This document shows, piece after piece, positions 13,996 to 22,352 of a stretch of DNA of 25,203 nt. Under the pieces are notes generated by a model. The model was not told the origin of the DNA and made no database searches. It worked only from the letters and a program-made list of their open reading frames with translations. Every line of letters begins with the position of its first letter. Positions within the stretch are counted from its first letter, which is position 1. This DNA is from a virus (lineage: Duplodnaviria > Caudoviricetes), in the IMG/VR virus record IMGVR_UViG_3300024249_000058, positions 1 through 25,203 of that record. The stretch is one strand, 5' to 3'. A program made the position numbers and the translations under genes.

Positions 13996-16900
13996 TCATG
14001 GAACTGTTCTAATCCCTTAGCTGCATTGAATGATCGCACATCCACATGTTTGCCCACCATGTGTGACATCCATCCATTGAGGGTCTTAATCTGCTGATCA
14101 GCCTGTTCGATCACAGGCTTGATTTGTGCTACCAACTGATTGTGTAGCTGCCGCTGCATCTTAGCGTCCAGATAAGGATCGTTGTCGATCTCATCAAGCT
14201 GTCGCTTCATGGCAGTGATCTGTGGCTGCACAGTGGACATCAAAGTCTCATGCGTGTTGTTTATCATAGACAACATCTGCCTGATGGTAGGATCAGGATT
14301 GACACTACCTTCTCCTGTCTTAGCAATTGGCAGACCACCAGGCTGCGTGTATCCCTCAGCATAGATGTCTGATGCTTTGGGCATCAGGCGCATCTTGTCC
14401 ATAGCTGCGCTGAAGCTGTCCTCCATCGGGTTGCGATAATTCAGCTTCACGTTGTTGCCCCATATCATGTTGCCGAATGGCGCATTGTCACGCCACGATT
14501 GTCCTGCTGTGCCAATCATGCCATCTAGTGCATGTGCAGCACCATGTATGGTAGGGTCGGCTTGTAGGTTATGCCATCCCTTACTCATTGAGTCATATAG
14601 CGCATGACCAGAGATGCCATAGATGTTGGACATGAGGCGTTGCATCCAGCCATTGTCATCCTTTGACATGATGTTCGACTGCTGCCGTCCAGGGATGCGT
14701 TCTTGTGATCCTACATCTGTGACCATGCCCTTGTTCAATGGATTGCCTTCAACAAGGTTCTTCAGTCCTACACCAATCGGTGGGTTGACATTAGATCCTG
14801 CCACGCCAATGCCTGCCTGCACAGCGGGTGGCAATGCAAACATGTCTAGGAAATCACTAGCGCCTTGGATCATACCAGTGCGTGTGCTTGTAGACACATG
14901 CTGGCTGAACATGTCAGCGAGTGAATGTATCACACGATGATACATGTCCTCACCTTGTCGTAGCTGGAATGCTCCACTTCCATACGCCAACAACTCCTGG
15001 ATCATAGGATTTAGGACACGCCAACGCTGTGGCAGGTTGATCTCTGTGTAGTTCGACGGGTCGTGCATGTCATGGAAGAATGGAATGTTTGATGCACGAT
15101 CATGCGAACTCATGTGTTGATCCAACACATTGAGATGGTCTTTGCCTCCTAGCATTGCAGTCAACAGGCTGGCTGCATTGGCCAGCACAAGTGTGCCAAC
15201 TGTTCCACTAATGTATGCTGCTGGATGGTCTCTGAAGTTCCTAACAGCACGCACTGTGTCTTGTATGGATGGATTGAGGTATGCAATGCTCTGTCCTGCA
15301 CGTTGCATGACAGGACTAGCACCAGTCATGCTCGGATCACCAATCACTTGTCGTGTCTCCAATGCTCTGCGCTCAGGAGACAGATGTGCATTCTGCTTGA
15401 AGTATGATAGATTAGCACCATCAGAGACAGCCTGATGAATGTCTCGCAGCATCGTGCGCAGATTGATGTATGTAGACGTAAGCCCTCTGGTCCCAGGCAG
15501 TGCTATCTTAGTGTATGGTATCTGTATGCCATCAGGATGGAACACACCAGGCACTTGATCAGCCAATGGATTGAAGCCTGCTGTGCTGCGTGGGTTCACA
15601 TTGAATTGTCTACCTTCATACATTCCTCCACTACCGCCACCTGTTGCACCAACACGCCGTGCCTCTGCGATGGTGCTCTGTTCATAGCGCTGTGTCATGC
15701 GCTGTGCTGCTGCATCCACCCACGGATCGCCTTTGAGCGCACGCATCATCTTAGCTGCTGGATTAGCTGGATTGCGTAGGATGTCTGCGATGTTTCGTGC
15801 AGTCACTGCTGCACTGCCTCGTATCGCTTCGTTGAACGATCCAATGTATTGTGTTGGATCAAGTCCTACACGACTGCCTATTCTGCCTCCAGTCAATCGC
15901 TGTAGCCCTTGGTCGATCATGCCGAAGTGTGTGCCAGGCGCTCTATCCGTAGCGATCTGAGGAATGTTCCTCAGCAAGCTGATGACACTGAACGGTCGCT
16001 GCGCTACAACTGTAGCTGCAACACCAGTAGTGCCTGCTTGCATGGATTGCCTGAATGCATCCATGCCATTGAAGACCATGTTGGCTTGTGCCTGATTGTT
16101 CTTCAATGCATCATACACACTCGTGTTGTTGATGTGATACGTGTGTGGCATACCTTCACGATATACTGTGATCGTGCGGCCCTCAGCAAACGGTGTCGTA
16201 GGACTGACGATCCGAGCACGTGCAGGATCAGCCGCCTGCCATGTCTCAACCTGTCTGATGATGTTGTCGTTCAGCGTGTTACGAGCCATGCCCTCATAGA
16301 ACTTGCCGTAGTGCTGTGTTATCGAGTCTATGGCGCGTGTGTTAGGTGTCTGCCAGCCCTCACCGCTTGGCTTGGGCGTGAATAGGCTCTGGACGAGATC
16401 ACCTTCTACATTCGTAGGAGGTAGTGCATGAGGATACTTTGCAAGATACTCTGTAGCCTCTGTTGGCGAGATGCGTCCCTGCGCAACACCCTCATTGATG
16501 TTGCCTGTGTGGATGTTATTGGCTAGATCAGCAAGCGCTCTCGTCTGTGGATCAGCCAGCATCGCATTGCGATCAGCATCTAACAGGTTCGTGTGTGTGC
16601 TTGTGAAGTTGTATCGTGTATCCTCATCCTGATACGGCCTACGTGCTTGGTTGAGCTGTAGCCTGTTCTGCGCACGGACATCTAACTCAGCAGATGCGTG
16701 CATTCCTTTCTCCCACACCAACTGTTGATCAGATGTGAGATTGTCTACTCCTTGCACCAAGTCCTTGAGCTTAGGCAGCACATGTCCTGTGGCATCATTC
16801 ACACCTGTAGCCATCTGCTCGCCCACACGTGTGTGCATAGCTGCACTACCGTTCGTGGTGCCAAGCTCGGAGGCTAGTTGTTCACCAACTGTTCGGCTAG

Positions 16901-18062
16901 GTGCAGTAGCATTTACCAATTCAGTCAGCACACGATTGCTGTCCCAACCTGCCTGGGCCATTTGTGTTCCAACAGTGCCTGCCTTCCCAGGCAACGGAGC
17001 TTCGCCTCGTGCAGCACCGCTCGTAGTAGGAGCACCAGGAGCAGCCGTTACTCGTCCTGCATCTATTGCATTGAGATTGGCATTGTGTGCTGCTGCATTG
17101 GCTACTGTATCTATCTGTGCTGCTTTGCCAGTGAGGAACTTATACGCAGGGTCAAAGACTTTGCCGCCTCCCTTCAACAGTATCCACCCACCTGCTGCGA
17201 CAATAGCTGCATCAGTTAGGAAGTCTCCCCAGCCTGTTGTCGTTTCACCTGCCTGCCCGTAGTTTGGCATTGGCGGGCTGTCCCTGCTCAGTGAAAGCGT
17301 AGGAAAAGGGACTTGTGCCGCAGCCCCCGACTGCGGATTGGCTACAACTGGTTGTGTGTCTGGTTGTGACAGGTCGAATTGCCCAGAGTCATCTGGCTGT
17401 GCAGCTACTTGAGATGGCTGTCCTTGTAGTCTTACCACAGCAGGATCAATACCCATGTCCTTGAACGCCTGATCTTGTTGGCGCTCTTGTAACACTTGGG
17501 CACCGCCTGTCACAGCGGCACCTGTAAGTGCATTAGCAGTCGTTGCCTCTGGGATGGCCATGTGTGTCACAGCACCTGCTATCCTGGGCACTCCTGGCAA
17601 TGATGTGATGCCGCGGCCTAGTGGTCCTGTGACATAGCCTGCTCCTGGCACAGCCATACCGGCAGTGCCCGTTGCAAGGTCTTGGACAGTCTGCTCATCA
17701 GGTGTCTGTGGCTCCATGTGCGGTATGGTCCTAAAGGCCATATCCTTCGTCTCTTGGTATTGTCGTCCTGCTTCCTCAGCACCAGGAGCAGGAGATAGTC
17801 TACCACTAAGTCCTAACTTGCCGGCACCGAAGTTGTATACCATAGGAATGAGTTCGCCCGCTGCACTATACGCAGCAAGTGCTCCTCCAGGCAGTTGCCA
17901 ATGGCCTTGTCCTTGATCGTCTACACGATACGGACTGAGCTGTGCCATCCATGCAGGTAGCACAGATGTGGCTGCAATGCCAACACCACGTAGCTGTGCG
18001 TTGCGTTCTGCAATGCCTTCAGGACTATCAAAGGCATATGGGCTGGGAATGAGGTCACTCAT
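13992..18062 (-). CDS. Large internal virion / DNA ejection protein (positional analogue of P22 gp16 / T7 gp16)
   Basis: 1356 aa, Ala/Gly/Gln-rich, Cys-free, several hydrophobic segments; last gene of the tail operon; C-terminal part reminiscent of LPD38-type domains (tentative). Confidence 0.7.
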   Translation of the reverse strand: MSDLIPSPYAFDSPEGIAERNAQLRGVGIAATSVLPAWMAQLSPYRVDDQGQGHWQLPGGALAAYSAAGELIPMVYNFGAGKLGLSGRLSPAPGAEEAGRQYQETKDMAFRTIPHMEPQTPDEQTVQDLATGTAGMAVPGAGYVTGPLGRGITSLPGVPRIAGAVTHMAIPEATTANALTGAAVTGGAQVLQERQQDQAFKDMGIDPAVVRLQGQPSQVAAQPDDSGQFDLSQPDTQPVVANPQSGAAAQVPFPTLSLSRDSPPMPNYGQAGETTTGWGDFLTDAAIVAAGGWILLKGGGKVFDPAYKFLTGKAAQIDTVANAAAHNANLNAIDAGRVTAAPGAPTTSGAARGEAPLPGKAGTVGTQMAQAGWDSNRVLTELVNATAPSRTVGEQLASELGTTNGSAAMHTRVGEQMATGVNDATGHVLPKLKDLVQGVDNLTSDQQLVWEKGMHASAELDVRAQNRLQLNQARRPYQDEDTRYNFTSTHTNLLDADRNAMLADPQTRALADLANNIHTGNINEGVAQGRISPTEATEYLAKYPHALPPTNVEGDLVQSLFTPKPSGEGWQTPNTRAIDSITQHYGKFYEGMARNTLNDNIIRQVETWQAADPARARIVSPTTPFAEGRTITVYREGMPHTYHINNTSVYDALKNNQAQANMVFNGMDAFRQSMQAGTTGVAATVVAQRPFSVISLLRNIPQIATDRAPGTHFGMIDQGLQRLTGGRIGSRVGLDPTQYIGSFNEAIRGSAAVTARNIADILRNPANPAAKMMRALKGDPWVDAAAQRMTQRYEQSTIAEARRVGATGGGSGGMYEGRQFNVNPRSTAGFNPLADQVPGVFHPDGIQIPYTKIALPGTRGLTSTYINLRTMLRDIHQAVSDGANLSYFKQNAHLSPERRALETRQVIGDPSMTGASPVMQRAGQSIAYLNPSIQDTVRAVRNFRDHPAAYISGTVGTLVLANAASLLTAMLGGKDHLNVLDQHMSSHDRASNIPFFHDMHDPSNYTEINLPQRWRVLNPMIQELLAYGSGAFQLRQGEDMYHRVIHSLADMFSQHVSTSTRTGMIQGASDFLDMFALPPAVQAGIGVAGSNVNPPIGVGLKNLVEGNPLNKGMVTDVGSQERIPGRQQSNIMSKDDNGWMQRLMSNIYGISGHALYDSMSKGWHNLQADPTIHGAAHALDGMIGTAGQSWRDNAPFGNMIWGNNVKLNYRNPMEDSFSAAMDKMRLMPKASDIYAEGYTQPGGLPIAKTGEGSVNPDPTIRQMLSMINNTHETLMSTVQPQITAMKRQLDEIDNDPYLDAKMQRQLHNQLVAQIKPVIEQADQQIKTLNGWMSHMVGKHVDVRSFNAAKGLEQFHD

Positions 18063-18065
18063 TGT

Positions 18066-19220
18066 CTACTGCTCCAATGGGTATTGGCCCTTCATTCCCA
18101 AGACAACATAACCTCCTCCTGCCTTTGGGAAGATAGGCACCTGTCCTCCCGTCTTGTGCGTGTTCATATAGTCTGCAATGTCCATCTTCACATTGTCAGG
18201 GAACTTAGCTGCAATCAGCATCTTTGTTTGCTTCTGCACATTGGGATCAACTACGAGCTGTCCCATCGTTGTGCCACTAGCAGGTTGTGCAGCAGGTTGT
18301 GCAGTAGACTGTGTAGGCTGTGCAGGTGCAGGCGATAAGTTCGTTACTGGTTTACCACGGAGGATAGCTCTAGACTGTGCTGGTGTCTCTCCTTGGCCTG
18401 CTGGCAGAGTATATCCATCAGTCTGTGCTGTCGATGTCGCTGGTGTCGCTGGTGGTGGAGGAGGTGGAGGAGACGACGGTGGAGGTGGTGATGCTCCACT
18501 GCCACCAGCAGGAGTGAACAGTCCTGGGTCCATGCCTGGATTGGGCTTCATGCCAGGATTGATCTTCACCTGATCTTGGATCGCTTGCCTTACTCGTTGG
18601 TTCGTCTCATCAGGCGATGCACCAAACGGTATCTGCACGTTGATGGTCACAGGCTTGCCTGTTGCATCGACACCGATGTTCATTGGCATGTTATAGCCAG
18701 GAGGCTTCTGTGCATCACCACGTGCTTGTGCTGCTTGCACACTTATTGGCACACTAGGATTGACAGTCAACCCCGTGACATTACCGACATCACCAGCAGC
18801 AGGAGTGAAGCCTCCTTCGCCTAGTGCTTTGACTCCTTCTGCTCCTGGCTTCACAGCATTGCCCATCTGTAGTATCTTGTCTGGCGTGGCATAGCTAGCC
18901 AAGTTCGTAGTGCCTGGAGTGTTTCCCATCCAGGCGAAGTTCGGATTGTTAGCAAGGTATTCTAGTCCGCCAGGATGTGTCATTGCACCAATGGTGCGCT
19001 CAGCAGCATTGTTAGCTATTGTAGCTGCGAGTGCGTTCCTGGCTTGTGCATGTTGTGCAGCCAATTCCTGGCCATACTGATCTGCCTCTAGACCACGATC
19101 AGCACGATACATCGTAAGCATTGCCAATGGATTGCCGACATCCTTGGCGAGTGCAAACTCTCCTGGCTGTGGATCGATTATACGAGGGTTGGGCAGTTGA
19201 TATGCATCTGCTGCGGCCAT
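18066..19220 (-). CDS. Putative internal virion / ejection protein with Pro-rich linker
   Basis: 384 aa, Cys-free, SPPPPSSPPPPPPP and QPAAQPA low-complexity segments; position in ejection cluster. Confidence 0.65.
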   Translation of the reverse strand: MAAADAYQLPNPRIIDPQPGEFALAKDVGNPLAMLTMYRADRGLEADQYGQELAAQHAQARNALAATIANNAAERTIGAMTHPGGLEYLANNPNFAWMGNTPGTTNLASYATPDKILQMGNAVKPGAEGVKALGEGGFTPAAGDVGNVTGLTVNPSVPISVQAAQARGDAQKPPGYNMPMNIGVDATGKPVTINVQIPFGASPDETNQRVRQAIQDQVKINPGMKPNPGMDPGLFTPAGGSGASPPPPSSPPPPPPPATPATSTAQTDGYTLPAGQGETPAQSRAILRGKPVTNLSPAPAQPTQSTAQPAAQPASGTTMGQLVVDPNVQKQTKMLIAAKFPDNVKMDIADYMNTHKTGGQVPIFPKAGGGYVVLGMKGQYPLEQ

Positions 19221-19223
19221 GAC

Positions 19224-20306
19224 TTACCTCTGACTACTTGCTATCTGATCATCCCCAAACTGTGTGAAGTATTTACTTTGGTCTGATGGGGACAGTGTAG
19301 ATGATGGCGTCTTGTTACCGTTGGTCATTAAGCCAAGTAGGGTCTTGAAGTCACTGCCCTTCAAGAAGTCTGTCACATTGGTGCCTGCTGCATACAGCCC
19401 AGACAGTTGTGGACTGCTTGATGGTATCGCACCTGCTAGTGTCTTAGATGCGTCCTGTGCCTGCTTACCAGCTTCTCCAATCGATGCATTCCCAAGCGCA
19501 GATGAATACGCTGCACCTGTTGCTCTATTCTGCAATGCAGTCAGCATGTCCTTCTGGTTCGTGCTTGGCACGATGCCTGGATACTGGAACTGTGGTGTCC
19601 CAGCAGTGATGGCTGAACTCAGATCAGTAGCCAATCCTTGCCTGTTGGCATTGTTGATGTCTGCTGCTCCAGCTATGCCCTTGATCTGTGCATCTATAAG
19701 ACCCTGCCTGAGATCAGCAGAACTACGCCTGCCAATATCAGCAAGAACAGGACCAGCAGCAGTGCCAGTGCGAGCAAAGGTTCTGAGTGTATCCTGTATA
19801 AGAGGCCGATACGCCGTCGTGTTGGCATTCGCTGCTGTCTCCGATAGTAGCCCACCTAGATCACTGCCTGACATGGGCCTGAAGTTAGCCAACCGACGCT
19901 GTGCAGCATCGATCAATGGCTGTGCTCGTGCAGCATTCAGGTCTGCACGTGCATTGGCTCCTTGTGCCTGTCGTAGATCAGTCGTGTTGCGTGCTATCGC
20001 AGCTTGGTCAGCCGCTGTCTGCACTTGCTGTGGCAGCTTGCCAAGCGTAGACACCCATGAGTTGGTGCCAGGATCATACTGGTAGGAGTTGCCTGAGCTA
20101 TCAGTGTAGCCTGCCTGTCCTAGCCGTGTCGTGTTGGCTGCATTGATACGTGCCTGTATGGCATCGTTCTGTGCCTGTGCAAGCTGTGCAGCATCGATGC
20201 TAATCGATTGGCCAGTGCCTCGTCCACTGTTCAGTGCTGTGTAGGCACCAATTCCTGCACTGCCTAGAGCAGCAACACCAGAGATGATTGCGGCTGTTAC
20301 TGCCAT
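19224..20306 (-). CDS. Putative ejection / DNA pilot protein with hydrophobic Gly/Ala N-terminus
   Basis: MAVTAAIISGVAALGSAGIGAYTAL followed by Ala/Gln helical region, a composition typical of T7 gp14-type and pilot proteins. Confidence 0.7.
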   Translation of the reverse strand: MAVTAAIISGVAALGSAGIGAYTALNSGRGTGQSISIDAAQLAQAQNDAIQARINAANTTRLGQAGYTDSSGNSYQYDPGTNSWVSTLGKLPQQVQTAADQAAIARNTTDLRQAQGANARADLNAARAQPLIDAAQRRLANFRPMSGSDLGGLLSETAANANTTAYRPLIQDTLRTFARTGTAAGPVLADIGRRSSADLRQGLIDAQIKGIAGAADINNANRQGLATDLSSAITAGTPQFQYPGIVPSTNQKDMLTALQNRATGAAYSSALGNASIGEAGKQAQDASKTLAGAIPSSSPQLSGLYAAGTNVTDFLKGSDFKTLLGLMTNGNKTPSSTLSPSDQSKYFTQFGDDQIASSQR

Positions 20307-20307
20307 C

Positions 20308-20757
20308 TCACAACACCTTCATGTAGACGTGTTCTACTAGATCGAAGCCCAGCTTAGGGAACAGCGGCTGCACATCGTAGATGGTCCTGAAGTGATGGAT
20401 GACCATCTTCACATCTGTCTCTGCCTTGAAGTATGCCAGTGCCGCCTCAGTCAGCAGCGATCCAATGCCCTTGCCACGATGCTTGGTGGCCACTGCTAGT
20501 GTGTTGCATAGAGCACACTTCATGCCTGCATGTTGTGGATGCATGGCCAACAGATACATGTTGACACCAAGCAGTTCGTCACCCTCTCGTGCTGTGAACA
20601 ACAGCAGCTTATCTTCATGGCTCAGGTTGGCAAACGCTGCCCAGTCCATACGCAATGGTGGTATACCATCCTGTGCATTGGTGTCAGCGTAGTAGCCTTT
20701 GATCAACTCATCGACTTCCATCACCACAGCAGGCAGACGCTCTATGCTAACACGCAT
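20308..20757 (-). CDS. GNAT-family N-acyltransferase
   Basis: Canonical motif A LAVATKHRGKGIGSLL; C-terminal LFPKLGF. Confidence 0.88.
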   Translation of the reverse strand: MRVSIERLPAVVMEVDELIKGYYADTNAQDGIPPLRMDWAAFANLSHEDKLLLFTAREGDELLGVNMYLLAMHPQHAGMKCALCNTLAVATKHRGKGIGSLLTEAALAYFKAETDVKMVIHHFRTIYDVQPLFPKLGFDLVEHVYMKVL

Positions 20758-21875
20758 CAGAAGGCACCCTGATTGCCCAGTCCACGCTTCTGATTGGCTG
20801 TCGTGTTAGGATCAGTATAGAATGGACTGACTGCGCCTAGCGTGCCGCCTGGATTGATGGCATTAGGATTGGTAGCACCTTGCACTGATCCACCTGCATT
20901 CAACAAGTCAGTCAGCGTTGAGAACTTCGTCCCACCAATTGCATTCGTCAGCGCACCGCCAAAGCTAGACAGGTCTGTGCTGGCCAAGTCCTGTGCTTGC
21001 TTCGTATAGATCCCTGGATCGAAGTTCTGTCCTGGCATCAGACTGCTCACATCATTCTTAGCACCGCTGATGATGTCATTGATGCCACTACGATCAGTGC
21101 CGAGAATGCCACGTCCCAGGTTCGTGATCTGTGATGTCGCAGCAGCACGATCACTGGCCAGCTTAGCGAGCGCAGCGTTGTATCCTGTATCATTCAACGT
21201 GCCACGCTTCTGTGCATTGAGCAGTTGGCTACTCAATGGATCGAACTGCGAACTCACAGCCTGTGGCACATATTGATCAAGTGTCGTGTCAGGTATCAGC
21301 GTGCTCGCATAGTTAGGCGTGAACGTCTGGTTCAACTGATTGGTTGCTTTGGTTCTGATCCCTGACGTGATGCCACTGAGAATGTCTGTTCCAAGCGTTG
21401 GTGAGAACGCTGCACTAGGATTGGGGTCCATGTCCTGAATGGAGCCATACTGTCTCTGCATTGCAGGCAGGATGTCGCTTTCCCAATACTGGCTAGGGTC
21501 CAGTCCTTGCTGACGGAACTGAGCACCGATGGCATTCGTAGCATCATCGTAGGCTTTGTTCTTCCTCGCTGTGAAGTCCGTCTCATCCTGTGCCGACTTG
21601 GCCTGTGTCGCAGCCGTGTTGGCCTGTGACGTTTGCTGAGCAGCCGCTGTTCGTGCAGCAATGTGCTGGTTCAACAAGTCAGCCCCAGATGGCAGATAAG
21701 CTCCACTGTTGACCTGATCTATCGAATAGCTAGGATCAGTATACACAGTTCCATCGACAGGATCGACATACCGTGCTGGCTGTGGAGCAACCTGCTGGAC
21801 ACTGCCTCCTCCACCTTTGCCTCCACCACCACGCATGACAACGTGCAGATCGGGTTGACCACCAGCAGTGAACAT
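20757..21875 (-). CDS. Putative ejection protein with short leader and GGGGKGGGG motif (P22 gp7-like N-terminus)
   Basis: Start revised from 22019 to ATG 21875, overlapping the upstream stop (TGATG); MFTAGGQPDLHVVMR-GGGGKGGGGS; Ala/Gln/Thr-rich and Cys-free from this start. Confidence 0.7.
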   Translation of the reverse strand: MFTAGGQPDLHVVMRGGGGKGGGGSVQQVAPQPARYVDPVDGTVYTDPSYSIDQVNSGAYLPSGADLLNQHIAARTAAAQQTSQANTAATQAKSAQDETDFTARKNKAYDDATNAIGAQFRQQGLDPSQYWESDILPAMQRQYGSIQDMDPNPSAAFSPTLGTDILSGITSGIRTKATNQLNQTFTPNYASTLIPDTTLDQYVPQAVSSQFDPLSSQLLNAQKRGTLNDTGYNAALAKLASDRAAATSQITNLGRGILGTDRSGINDIISGAKNDVSSLMPGQNFDPGIYTKQAQDLASTDLSSFGGALTNAIGGTKFSTLTDLLNAGGSVQGATNPNAINPGGTLGAVSPFYTDPNTTANQKRGLGNQGAF

Positions 21876-22348
21876 CACCCCTGTCCCTTCGCATACTTGT
21901 AGATTGCACCGAATCTGGTGAAACCTAACTTGTTGTATAGTGCCCATACGGCTACGGTATCGATGGATGCTATGTCGCCAGTCTGTAACAGCACAGCTTG
22001 CTTCTCTTCGATGGCCCAATGCATCATACCACGCATGAGTTGCATTGCGATCTTGGCCCTACTTGGTGTGCCTGCACGAACGAACCATCCATCTTCTACT
22101 GCCATCAGCTTAGGACTGAAGAAGAACGGTGTGAGATGTCCTGCTACAAAGCCACACGGCACTTCATTGTCATCCCATGCCATGCGGATGTAGTAGTCAG
22201 GCAGATCAAGCGTTCGCTTCGTGTTCATCAGCGTGTAGTTCCAGTCGAACTCAGGCCCATCGACACCGAACGTGCCTGCCATCACTAGCTCTTTGCCTAA
22301 CTGCACAAGGTAGGCTACCTCGTCTTGCTGAACAGTGCTCACACGCAT
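21875..22348 (-). CDS. GNAT-fold protein (virion-morphogenesis type, P22 gp14 position)
   Basis: CGFVAG, AVEDGWFV, A.QLM....WA, LYNKLGF GNAT elements; degenerate motif A. Confidence 0.75.
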   Translation of the reverse strand: MRVSTVQQDEVAYLVQLGKELVMAGTFGVDGPEFDWNYTLMNTKRTLDLPDYYIRMAWDDNEVPCGFVAGHLTPFFFSPKLMAVEDGWFVRAGTPSRAKIAMQLMRGMMHWAIEEKQAVLLQTGDIASIDTVAVWALYNKLGFTRFGAIYKYAKGQG

Positions 22349-22352
22349 ATGG

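Noticed and set aside
18437-18490. GGT/GGA-rich short tandem repeats
   Set aside because: Explained by the poly-Pro linker coded on the - strand; not a separate element.
19264-20085. 273-aa + strand ORF and other long antisense ORFs (e.g. 742-1308, 16735-17262, 24290-24784)
   Set aside because: Shadow frames of well-supported genes on the opposite strand; no recognisable motifs.
21876-22019. N-terminal extension of ORF 20757-22019
   Set aside because: Overlaps GNAT-1 by about 145 nt and differs in composition; ATG 21875 gives a clean TGATG coupling.
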